NCBI GenBank assembly: GCA_963842525.1
Contig: CAWJGT010000032.1
Span: forward strand, 32,001-96,000
Direction: 5' to 3'
Length of the DNA: 64,000 nt
Source: an uncultured Holophagales bacterium
GTDB taxonomy: Bacteria > Acidobacteriota > Thermoanaerobaculia > Multivoradales > UBA5704
Positions within the stretch are counted from its first letter, which is position 1; the number at the start of each line of letters is the position of its first letter. This document shows positions 42,792 to 50,915 of this stretch, one piece after another. The translations under genes were made by a program, and so were the position numbers. The notes below the pieces were generated by a model. It saw only the letters and a program-made list of their open reading frames with translations. It did not search any database and was not told the origin of the DNA.

Positions 42792-45700
42792 TCACCGAAA
42801 AATAAGCAGTCCTGTCCGCGCCGTCTCCGCCCGGCTCTCCTCTCCTGCCGCTTCGGCGAGGCCAGCCGCGAGCTCGGCGCACCAGGCTACGTCCGGATCC
42901 TGAAGGCCGCTCTCCTGGAGGATCGCACGGGCGGCTGCGAAATGGTCGTCCCAGCGCCGCCAGTCCCGGTCCTTGGCGGCGCAGGGGAGGAGGGCGACGC
43001 GGACGCAGGCGAGGAGGCCTCCCCAGTCCATCTGCTCCAGGCGTTCTCGGCTCTCTTCCAGGACTTTGGCAGCCTGGCCGTAGTCCTCTCCGGCGAGGGC
43101 TGCGAGCGCGAGGTTGACCCGGGGGAAGATCTCGTCGGCGGAGCGCAGGGTCTCGAGGAGGGCGAGGGAGCGCCGGTAGTAGGCATCGGCGCGGGCGAGG
43201 TCGCCTTGCAGGCGGGCGGCCTCGCCGAGACCGTTGAGCCCTCGTGCCACGCCGTAGCGGTTCCCCAGCTTCTCGAACCGCATTTCCGCCTCCAGATAGA
43301 GGTCTTGCGCGGCGGCCAGGTCGCTCTGCTGGCGCGCGAGGTCGGCGAGGCCGATCAAGTGGTCGGCGACGCCGTGCTCGTCCCCGATCTCCTGGTAGAT
43401 CTGCTGCGAGCAGTCGAACAGCTTGCGGGAGCGCGCCAGGTCGCCTCGCTGGCGCGCCACGTCCCCCAGGCCCCAGAAGCTCGCCGCCGCGCCGTGGGGG
43501 TTGGCTTCGATCTCGATGCAGCGGCTATAGAGACTTGCCGCGCGGACGAGCTGGCCGCGCCGGCGCGCCGCATCGCCGAGCAGTCGCAGGGCCTCGGAGC
43601 GGACCTCCTCCCAGCCGGCGCTCTGCGCGGCCGTCTCGGCCTGCTCGGCCCAGCGGAAGACCTCGTCGAGCTCTCCCTGGTGCAGCCGGATGCGGGCGCG
43701 GAGGACCCACCCTTCAGCCCGGCGCGGGTCGTGGCCCGGAGACACGAGGAGGTCGAGGGCATCGTCGCGCCAGTCGAGGAGGGTGTGCGCCATGGCGTAG
43801 TCGCTGGTCTCGCGCCGCTCACGGGCACCGCGCAGCAGGTGGGCGAGGGCAGCAGCGCGGTCCCCGGCGCGGAGGAGGTGGCGCCCCAGACGTTCGGCGA
43901 TACCGCGCTCTCCGGCCGCGGCGCGCGGAGCGAGCATGGCGGCGCAGGTCCAGTTGTGGGTCTGCCACCGGCCCGCCTCGTAGGCCAGCCGCTCGATGCT
44001 CTCGCGCAGCATCGGATGGACGAAGTCCCAGCCGTCCTCGGTATGCACCGCGAGACGGCTCGCCAGCAGGGCTTCGAGGAGCCCGGGAGGGCAGGCGAGC
44101 CCTGCCGTCCTGCAGGCTGCCTCCCACTCCCGTTGGTCGATGGACGTGCCGAGCGCGGCGGCGATCTCCAGGGCGCTGCGCGAGCCCGCCGAGTGTCCCG
44201 CGAGGAGACGGTCCACGCGGTCCGACCAGACCTGGTGCAGGTCGTCCGGCAGCCAGGCCTGCTCTCCCGGACGGAGGACGAAGCCTTCGTCTCCGACCTC
44301 CAGGACGCCGCGCTGCACCCAGTCGCCGACGAGCTGGACGGCGAACAGGGGATTGCCGGCGGTCCGCTGGTCGACCCGGGCGGCCAGGTCGCCGGCCAAG
44401 CCGAGCAGCTCCTGGACGAGGGCGGCGTGGTCCTCCGCCGGCAGCGGCGGGATCTCCAGTTCGCTGCACCCCGGCCGTTGCAGCAGCTCGGCGAGCGCCG
44501 CGGCCTCCCGCGGCCGTTCGGCGAGAGCCTCGTCGCGGACGGTGAGGAGCAGGAGGACCGGCAGCTCGACCCGCCGCTCCAGGAGGTGCCTGGCGAAGGC
44601 GATGGATTCGGAGCCCCACTGGACGTCGTCGAGGAGGATCAGCACGGGCCGCTGGCGGCCGAGGCGATGGCAGTGGCGCTCCAGCAGGGCGAACCGCTCG
44701 GGCGCAGTCTGCGGCGACTGCGGCGAGCTCCCGGGGACCATGAGGTCTGTGAGGCCGGTCCACTCGCCGGCATCGGTCACCTTGCGGGTGCGGAGGAGAC
44801 GCTCGGTACGCTCCAGGATCTCCTCGCGGGAGAGGCCGAGGCAGCGCAGGTGGCGGGCGAGCATGCGGGGCAGTCCGTCCCCAGCGCCCGGGTTGGGGCC
44901 GTGCGTGGCGCGCAGGACGATGGCACCGCCCGCCTCGTGCGCCCGCTCCGCGATCCACTCGGCGAGGCGGGTCTTGCCATGGCCCGCCGCGCCGCGCAGC
45001 AGCACCAGGCGGGCCTCGCCCGTGGTGTGCACCTCGGCCAGGGTCCGCCACAGGAGGTCGCGTTCCTCCCGGCGGCCGACGAGGGGGACCGAGCGGAGCC
45101 CGTAGAGGCCGAGCCCGGCTCCGACCAGCCGCATCGACGCCGGACGCGGGATGGGGAGCTCCCAGGTCTCGGGGAGCGGCGGGGACGTGCGCGGTGCCGG
45201 CGTCTCTTCGCCGCGCCTTTCTTCGTGCCTTTCTCCAGGCACCTGCCGTCCGGCCGCCGGCAGCAGGCCCGCCAGGACGAGGAGCTGCGTGGGCGTCTCC
45301 GCCAGCGCGAGCCTGCCGGCATGCGAGCTGCGCCGCACCGGCTCACCCAGGGCGAGGAGCGCCCAGGTGGCGTCGGCAGCCCGCACGAAGCGCCGGCCGG
45401 TCTCCTTCTGGAGCAGCCGGCGGAGCCATCCTTCGAAGCCGCGGGGCACGGGCGCGAGCGGGATGAAGACGGGGGGTGCCTCCTCGAGCTGGCGCCGCAC
45501 CAGGTCCAGCAGGCCGACCTCGTGGAACGGAGCTTGGCCGGTGACGAGCGCCCAGACGAGGCAGCCGAGGCTGTAGAGGTCGGTCCACGGGCCGTAGTCC
45601 CGCCACTCGCCGCGGAGCTGCTCGGGCGCCATATAGCTCGGCGTGCCGCAGACGAACTGGGTCGAGTCCGGGCCGGCCTGGTGCTCGAATGCCTGGGCGA

Positions 45701-46211
45701 GCCCGAAATCAGCGAGCTTGAGACGGGGGAGGGGCTCGCCTCCGAGGTCGAAGGCCAGCACGTTGGTCGGCTTGATGTCGCGGTGGACGACACCCCGTGC
45801 GTGCGCATGTGCCAGGGCATCGAGGAGGGCGAGGAGGACTGTCCGGATGCTGCTCCAGGAGGGTGCCTCGGGGAAGAGGTCCGCCAGGGTGCCGCGGTCC
45901 GCGAGCTCCATGGCCAGGTAGGGGCTGCCGGCCGGCAGCACGCCGAGCGATGCTTCCTCCGCCTCCGGCCCCACCTCGCCATGATCGAAGACCATCACCA
46001 CGCCGGGATGGTCGAGGCTGGCGACCGCCTGGACCTCGTTGCGGAAGGCGGCGCGGTACTGCTCCTGGCGGGCGCGCTCGCCGGTCATCACCTTGACCGC
46101 GACCGGCACCCCCTGCGCCGCATGGACGCCGCTCCACACCTCCGCCATGCCTCCCCGGCTGATGCGCCGGGCAAGGCGGAAAGGCCCCAGGGGAACGAAC
46201 GGCTCGGCCAT
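42792..46211 (-). CDS. Ser/Thr protein kinase - AAA/STAND ATPase - TPR protein
   Basis: GGMAEVW, VAVKV, HRDIKPTN, DFG, GTPSYMAPEQ; GAAGHGKT, LLDDVQW, GNPLF; TPR C-terminus. Confidence 0.93.
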   Translation of the reverse strand: MAEPFVPLGPFRLARRISRGGMAEVWSGVHAAQGVPVAVKVMTGERARQEQYRAAFRNEVQAVASLDHPGVVMVFDHGEVGPEAEEASLGVLPAGSPYLAMELADRGTLADLFPEAPSWSSIRTVLLALLDALAHAHARGVVHRDIKPTNVLAFDLGGEPLPRLKLADFGLAQAFEHQAGPDSTQFVCGTPSYMAPEQLRGEWRDYGPWTDLYSLGCLVWALVTGQAPFHEVGLLDLVRRQLEEAPPVFIPLAPVPRGFEGWLRRLLQKETGRRFVRAADATWALLALGEPVRRSSHAGRLALAETPTQLLVLAGLLPAAGRQVPGERHEERRGEETPAPRTSPPLPETWELPIPRPASMRLVGAGLGLYGLRSVPLVGRREERDLLWRTLAEVHTTGEARLVLLRGAAGHGKTRLAEWIAERAHEAGGAIVLRATHGPNPGAGDGLPRMLARHLRCLGLSREEILERTERLLRTRKVTDAGEWTGLTDLMVPGSSPQSPQTAPERFALLERHCHRLGRQRPVLILLDDVQWGSESIAFARHLLERRVELPVLLLLTVRDEALAERPREAAALAELLQRPGCSELEIPPLPAEDHAALVQELLGLAGDLAARVDQRTAGNPLFAVQLVGDWVQRGVLEVGDEGFVLRPGEQAWLPDDLHQVWSDRVDRLLAGHSAGSRSALEIAAALGTSIDQREWEAACRTAGLACPPGLLEALLASRLAVHTEDGWDFVHPMLRESIERLAYEAGRWQTHNWTCAAMLAPRAAAGERGIAERLGRHLLRAGDRAAALAHLLRGARERRETSDYAMAHTLLDWRDDALDLLVSPGHDPRRAEGWVLRARIRLHQGELDEVFRWAEQAETAAQSAGWEEVRSEALRLLGDAARRRGQLVRAASLYSRCIEIEANPHGAAASFWGLGDVARQRGDLARSRKLFDCSQQIYQEIGDEHGVADHLIGLADLARQQSDLAAAQDLYLEAEMRFEKLGNRYGVARGLNGLGEAARLQGDLARADAYYRRSLALLETLRSADEIFPRVNLALAALAGEDYGQAAKVLEESRERLEQMDWGGLLACVRVALLPCAAKDRDWRRWDDHFAAARAILQESGLQDPDVAWCAELAAGLAEAAGEESRAETARTGLLIFR

Positions 46212-46298
46212 GGCTCAGATGAGCCGACGATAGGCCGGCGGCTCCCGGGTGGTCAAGCACCACCCCATACCGGTGAAGAGGGCGCGGTTGCGCGCTGG

Positions 46299-47324
46299 TT
46301 ACAACGGCTCGCGGGGAACGCTCTTGCGGGCCCGGCGTACTGCCGAGAAGACCCTGGACTCGATCTCCCTCTCCACGGAGGGTCCCCAGCCCGTGGCCGT
46401 GTAGACGATCTCCCCCTCGGGATCGACCAGCACGTAGGTGGGGAGCGCTTTGGCGTTGAGCTTGCGGTAGATCTCGCTGTTCTTGTCCCACACCTGGGGC
46501 CAGGTCATCTCGCTCTGGGCCACAAGCTCGCGGAGCGCCTTCTCGTCCTGGTCGACGCTGATGCTCAGCAGGACGAACGGGTCCTTGGCCCGGCGGCGGC
46601 TCAGCGACCGCAGCTCCGGGATGGCGGCCCGGCAGGGCGCGCACCAGGTGGCCCAGAAGTCGAGGAGGACCACCTTGCCCCGGAGATCGTCCGAGCTGAC
46701 GTAGTCGCCCGCGAGTGTGGCCACCGCGAAGTCGGGAAGGAGGTTCTTCCGCGCGCGGACGGGGTTCTTCACGAGCTCGCGCGCCTGCTCGGCGCTCTTT
46801 CCCTCCGGCTCCCGTGCGAGGTACTCCTTGAGCAGCACGGCCCCCTCGCTGTCGCGTTCCATCCGCAGCAGGGTGACGCCGAGGTTGAACCGGGCGGCGT
46901 TGACCTTGCCCTGACTCCGCTCGAGCGCCTGGCGGAAGGCCTTCTCGGCTTCCTGCAGCTTCGCCGGGTCGCCGGCCGCGCTGGCCAGCCAAGCCATGCC
47001 CTGCTCATGATAGGCCGTCAGAACATGGTCCAGGTCGGTGGTCAGGCGCAGGACGGCTTCCGCGCTCTTCAGGGCTTCCTTGTGGGCCCCCACCTTGTTG
47101 TAGGCCCGCGCCAGGCCGAGCTGGCAGTCGGCGCACGCCCCGTTCGCCAGCTTGTCCGCCTGGCGGAAGACCTTGATCGCCTCGGGGTACTTCGCCTCTT
47201 CGAACAGGTCCAGAGCCGTCTCGAGCGCCTCCCCGGAAGGCGGCGGGGACGGTGGAGCGGCCGCGGTAAGGGCGAGCAGGAGGGCGAATGCGGCGATCGT
47301 GCGCAAGAGGGCTGCGGGCATCAT
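46299..47324 (-). CDS. Secreted TPR + TlpA/redoxin (thioredoxin-like) protein
   Basis: Signal peptide, TPR repeats, GKVVLLDFWATWCAPC, ALPTYVLVDPEG; TATAAT upstream on the minus strand. Confidence 0.9.
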   Translation of the reverse strand: MMPAALLRTIAAFALLLALTAAAPPSPPPSGEALETALDLFEEAKYPEAIKVFRQADKLANGACADCQLGLARAYNKVGAHKEALKSAEAVLRLTTDLDHVLTAYHEQGMAWLASAAGDPAKLQEAEKAFRQALERSQGKVNAARFNLGVTLLRMERDSEGAVLLKEYLAREPEGKSAEQARELVKNPVRARKNLLPDFAVATLAGDYVSSDDLRGKVVLLDFWATWCAPCRAAIPELRSLSRRRAKDPFVLLSISVDQDEKALRELVAQSEMTWPQVWDKNSEIYRKLNAKALPTYVLVDPEGEIVYTATGWGPSVEREIESRVFSAVRRARKSVPREPL

Positions 47325-47378
47325 GTCCCCGGTGGTGTACAGGGAATTATATCCCGAGGCCCCGGTGGGGTGCCCGGC

Positions 47379-47429
47379 CTCAGCACTCCAAGGCTGGCGG
47401 CGCGGACCGGTCCAGCCGCACCCAGCGGC
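47379..47429. repeat. 51-bp direct repeat, copy 1 (pairs with 47926-47976)
   Basis: CTCAGCACTCCAAGGCTGGCGGcGCgGACCGGTCCAGCCGCACCCAGCGGC; 2 mismatches to the other copy. Confidence 0.93.
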
Positions 47430-47444
47430 GAGCCGCGGGGAGCC

Positions 47445-47890
47445 GCAGTGGTCCCGCAGGGCCGGCAGTGCACGCCGCGGGACCATGTACATTCGCCGCG
47501 GTGGCTGGCAGTGGTCCCGTGGGACCGGCAGCGTTCGCCGCGGCACCATGTACGTCCGCCGCGGCGGCTGGCAGTGGTCCCGTGGTGCCGGCAGTGTTCG
47601 CCGCTGCACCATCTACCTCCGCCGCGGTGGCTGGCAGCGGTCCCGCGGTGCCGGCAGTGTTCGCCGCGGGACCATCTACGTCCGCCGCGGTGGCTGGCAG
47701 CGGTCCCGTGGGACCGGCAGCGTTCGCCGCGGCACCATGTACGTCCGCCGCGGTGACAGGCAGTGGTGCTGCTGGGCCGGTAGTGTTCGCCGCGGGATCG
47801 TGTATGTCCGCCGCGGTGACAGGCAGTGGCCCCGCAGGGCCGGCAGTGTTCGCCGCGGGACCATATACGTTCGCCGCGGGGGCTGGATCA
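47445..47890. repeat. Tandem array of ~7 x 63 bp (3 x 21-bp subunits)
   Basis: ACCAT-type anchor at 47482, 47545, 47608, 47671, 47734, 47797 and 47860 (exact 63-bp spacing). Confidence 0.95.
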
Positions 47891-47926
47891 GCGGTGGGGG
47901 CAGCGATGTACGCCGCGGGGTACGGC

Positions 47927-48163
47927 TCAGCACTCCAAGGCTGGCGGAGCAGACCGGTCCAGCCGCACCCAGCGGCTGCAGATCTCTTCGAAGTGGCGGG
48001 GGTCCTGGGTCGTCAGCGCTTCCTGGCTGAAACGCTCGATCTCGGCACGGGGCGTGCCGGCGCGGCGAAGCCCTTGCCGGATCGCGCTGACGAGTGCGAA
48101 TCGGTTGGGGCTCCGCAACGAGATGCGGACTTCTGGGTACAGCGGCATCACGGGATCGTTCAT
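47927..48163 (-). CDS. Small helical hypothetical protein (78 aa)
   Basis: GGAGGGAGG RBS; N.FALVS.IRQGLRRAG...EIE.F..EA...C.RWV pattern recalls small phage/mobile-element proteins (from memory, unverified). Confidence 0.65.
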   Translation of the reverse strand: MNDPVMPLYPEVRISLRSPNRFALVSAIRQGLRRAGTPRAEIERFSQEALTTQDPRHFEEICSRWVRLDRSAPPALEC

Positions 48164-48278
48164 CCCTCCCTCTACATAACGCGCGAGGAGGCAAAAACGT
48201 TTCACCTTTTTCAGAGAGGGCGCTATACTCTTCCCATCGAAGTTCGCTGCACCTCGATTTGACGAAGGAGGTAAACCG

Positions 48279-49019
48279 GTGAGGAGAGTCACAGCTTTCG
48301 CGTGTGCCATTGGACTTACAACTGCCCTCGCCCCGGCGCTACAGGCACAACCGTTCGTCGTTCCGCCGTTCGCAGAGGATAGTGTCGCCGACCTGGACCT
48401 CGCGACCGATGCGGCGCTCGTCCTCGCTCCGTGCGATGGGGGCGACCTCGAGTTGGAGGCGCTGCCCGACGGCGCGGAGGGGTTCGCGATCTCCGGCCCA
48501 TTCCTGGACGTCAGTTGGGACAGCCTCTGCCGTGCCTGGGACCTGCCGCTCCGGGAAGGCGTCGCCTACCGGCATGTCACCATAGAATTCGACTTTCACC
48601 TGGATAGCTGGGTCACCCCCATCTTCCACAACATCACCAGCCTGCGCCGCACCGGTGTCCGGAAGAACGAGCGCATTCTCTACTACGGCCTGACGTTGCG
48701 CGGGGACAAGCGGCGGACTCTCCTGGACTTCGGGCATGAGAAACAGCTCAAGGAGGTCGGCCCCTGGCAGGAGGGCGGGGCCTACCACATGGTCTTCGAC
48801 GTCGACATCCCGGCGAAGCGGCTCAACATGGGCGTGTTCGACATGGACGGGAACCTCGTCCAGGAGATGGGCGGGAAGCTGACCGCCCGCGAGCTCAAGA
48901 ACCTGACGGGCAGGGTCGTGCGCCTCGACTTCAGCTCGGGCGGCATCGCCCACCATGCCTATTACCCGCCCTTCAGATCGGAGTACTCGAACCTGAAGGT
49001 CACGCTCGTGCCGTTCTAG
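48279..49019 (+). CDS. Secreted hypothetical protein, beta-rich
   Basis: AAGGAGG RBS, TATACT upstream, signal peptide (ALQA|Q). Confidence 0.75.
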   Translation: MRRVTAFACAIGLTTALAPALQAQPFVVPPFAEDSVADLDLATDAALVLAPCDGGDLELEALPDGAEGFAISGPFLDVSWDSLCRAWDLPLREGVAYRHVTIEFDFHLDSWVTPIFHNITSLRRTGVRKNERILYYGLTLRGDKRRTLLDFGHEKQLKEVGPWQEGGAYHMVFDVDIPAKRLNMGVFDMDGNLVQEMGGKLTARELKNLTGRVVRLDFSSGGIAHHAYYPPFRSEYSNLKVTLVPF

Positions 49020-49039
49020 CGGCTCTCTCTCCTGAAGGG

Positions 49040-49068
49040 TTCCCCCTCTCCCGCAGACGGGAGAGGGG
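49040..49068. repeat. Hairpin between convergent genes; same family as the 34344-34515 arms, possible bidirectional terminator
   Basis: CCCCCTCTCCCG-CAGA-CGGGAGAGGGGG. Confidence 0.65.
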
Positions 49069-49080
49069 GACGGTCGAGGG

Positions 49081-49779
49081 TCAGGCGAGCACCTCCCGCG
49101 CCATCGGCGGCGGTATGGGGCTCTCCGGTGGATTCGACGGGCACCAGGCGGTCCCCGACTCCGCCTCGACTCTCTGCATGGCCTCCGCGAGCATCGGACG
49201 GGTGATCACGGTGCTTCCGGTCTCGCTGGCCCGCAAGGCGGCGCAACGGCCGATGGCGCGGAGCCTCTCCAAGACCTGGACCGCCTCGTTGTCCCAGGCA
49301 TGGAGCACGAGGTCGTCGATCCTCGGGCCGTAGCGCTCGCGGAGCGCCCGGCAGCCCGCCTGGGCGACCCGGACCGGCCCGGTGCCCTGGCCGAGGGCGA
49401 TCAGGAGCAGGGAGAGGACGTCCTCCGGGGTCTTGGCGCCGCGGTCTGCGGAGGGACCGGCCGCCTGGGGGTCCGGAGGGCAGCGCTCCGTGTCCGAATT
49501 GATCTCGACCCTCTGCGCCGAAGCCGTGACCTCGGCCGCAGTGACCTCGATCTTCCCTTCCGACGCTGTCCGGGCGGCCGCCAGGCGGCCGATCGCCCGG
49601 ATGCGCTCGAGCACCTGGACCGCCTCCTTCTCCCAGCAGGCGATCAGGTCCGCGTCGATCTGTGGAGAGTAGCGGTCGCGGAGGCTGCGGCACGCGTCCA
49701 GCGAGACGCGCACCGCGCCGGTCCCCTGGCCGAAGGCCAGGTAGACCTGGGAGAGGATTCCTTTCGTCGTGTAAGGCAT
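49081..49779 (-). CDS. Protein with two tandem ~100-aa helical repeats; candidate histone-fold doublet
   Basis: AGGAGG RBS; repeats A(F/L)GQGTG.VRV...CR.LR.RY...W..EAVQVLER.RAIGR.AA.R....G...(V/I)T....A..QRVE..S.T..CP. Confidence 0.75.
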   Translation of the reverse strand: MPYTTKGILSQVYLAFGQGTGAVRVSLDACRSLRDRYSPQIDADLIACWEKEAVQVLERIRAIGRLAAARTASEGKIEVTAAEVTASAQRVEINSDTERCPPDPQAAGPSADRGAKTPEDVLSLLLIALGQGTGPVRVAQAGCRALRERYGPRIDDLVLHAWDNEAVQVLERLRAIGRCAALRASETGSTVITRPMLAEAMQRVEAESGTAWCPSNPPESPIPPPMAREVLA

Positions 49780-49873
49780 GGGACCTCCTGGTTCATCCGC
49801 TCCCCTGGATCTGTATACGGACGGCGCCGTGGGACAGTTGCGTCCCCGCGGCCGTCCACGACATCTTTGCGTC

Positions 49874-50680
49874 ATGGCGACGTATGCGATCGGCGACATC
49901 CATGGCTGCTACGACACCCTGCAACGCCTCCTGCGCCGCATCCAGCTCGACCTCCGGGAGGACCGGCTCTGGCTCGTGGGCGATCTGGTCAACCGCGGGC
50001 CGCGCTCCCTGGACGTCCTCCGCTGGGCCGTGGACCTGGGCGACTATGCCGTGACGGTGCTCGGCAACCACGACCTCCATCTCCTGGGCCGCGCCCTGGA
50101 GGTGTCGCCCGTCAAGCGGCGGGACACGCTCGACGAGGTGCTCGACGCGCCGGACCGCGATGACCTCCTCACCTGGCTCCGGACGCGCCCGCTGCTGCAT
50201 CGCGAGAACGGCCGTGTCCTGGTGCATGCCGGGCTGTTCCCACAGTGGACGGTGGAGAAGGCCGAGAGCCTGGCCCGGGAGACCGAGGCCTGGTTGCGCG
50301 GGGACGACGCGGCACGGCTGGTGGAGACGACCGACAGGAAGATCCCGGAACGCTGGCAGAAGGGCCTGGAGGGTTTCGACCGCGTGCGGGTGGCCCTCGC
50401 CGGCTTCGCCAAGCTCCGCACCCTGGAAGCCGACGGCCGCATGTGCGCCGACTTCAGCGGTCCGCCGAAGGACGCCCCCAAAGGGTGCCGCCCGTGGTTC
50501 GCGGTGCCGGAGCGCCGGAGCGCCGGCGCCTACGTGATCTTCGGCCACTGGGCGGCGCTGGGCCTCTGGCTCGACGACAACGTCGCCGGCCTCGACACCG
50601 GTGCCGCCTGGGGACGGGAGCTGACCGCGTTGCGGCTCGACGACGGCCGGGTGTTTCGGGAGCGGGCGGTGGAGGGGTGA
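49874..50680 (+). CDS. apaH: Symmetrical bis(5'-nucleosyl)-tetraphosphatase
   Basis: YAIGDIHGC, VGDLVNRGPRSL, VLGNHDLHLL, VHAG, FGHWAALG, LDTG..WG. Confidence 0.95.
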   Translation: MATYAIGDIHGCYDTLQRLLRRIQLDLREDRLWLVGDLVNRGPRSLDVLRWAVDLGDYAVTVLGNHDLHLLGRALEVSPVKRRDTLDEVLDAPDRDDLLTWLRTRPLLHRENGRVLVHAGLFPQWTVEKAESLARETEAWLRGDDAARLVETTDRKIPERWQKGLEGFDRVRVALAGFAKLRTLEADGRMCADFSGPPKDAPKGCRPWFAVPERRSAGAYVIFGHWAALGLWLDDNVAGLDTGAAWGRELTALRLDDGRVFRERAVEG

Positions 50681-50915
50681 CAGGAAGCAGGTCGAGAATC
50701 AATCAGGGGCACCGAGCGCCCGCCAGGAATAAGTCGCCCATGCCGAGGGTAGGGTGAGTGAAAAGCCGGTTGCCTTTGGGTTGCCTTGGTGCCAGGGGCT
50801 CCTCTATGATTTCAGTGTTCCTGATTTGATCTTCCGATAGCCAAGGCGCCTCGACCCGAACCCCTCGCCCGTGGGAGGGGAGAGGTCTGTAGCACGGCTG
50901 TTATTAGGAGGGACG

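Noticed and set aside
42675-47756. 1693-aa plus-strand ORF
   Set aside because: Antisense shadow of the kinase and redoxin genes, as expected in high-GC DNA; no motifs.
47445-47890. CRISPR array (63-bp period)
   Set aside because: Variation is scattered point substitution across the unit, with no repeat/spacer alternation.
47152-48262. Plus-strand repeat-protein ORFs across the 63-bp array
   Set aside because: Several frames are open simply because the repeat lacks stops; no credible RBS/start, and they overlap real minus-strand genes.
49874-50680. apaH as part of the kinase-SIR2 system
   Set aside because: Canonical housekeeping sequence with host-like codon usage, separated by a 235-bp gap; likely just the insertion flank, though synteny was not checked.
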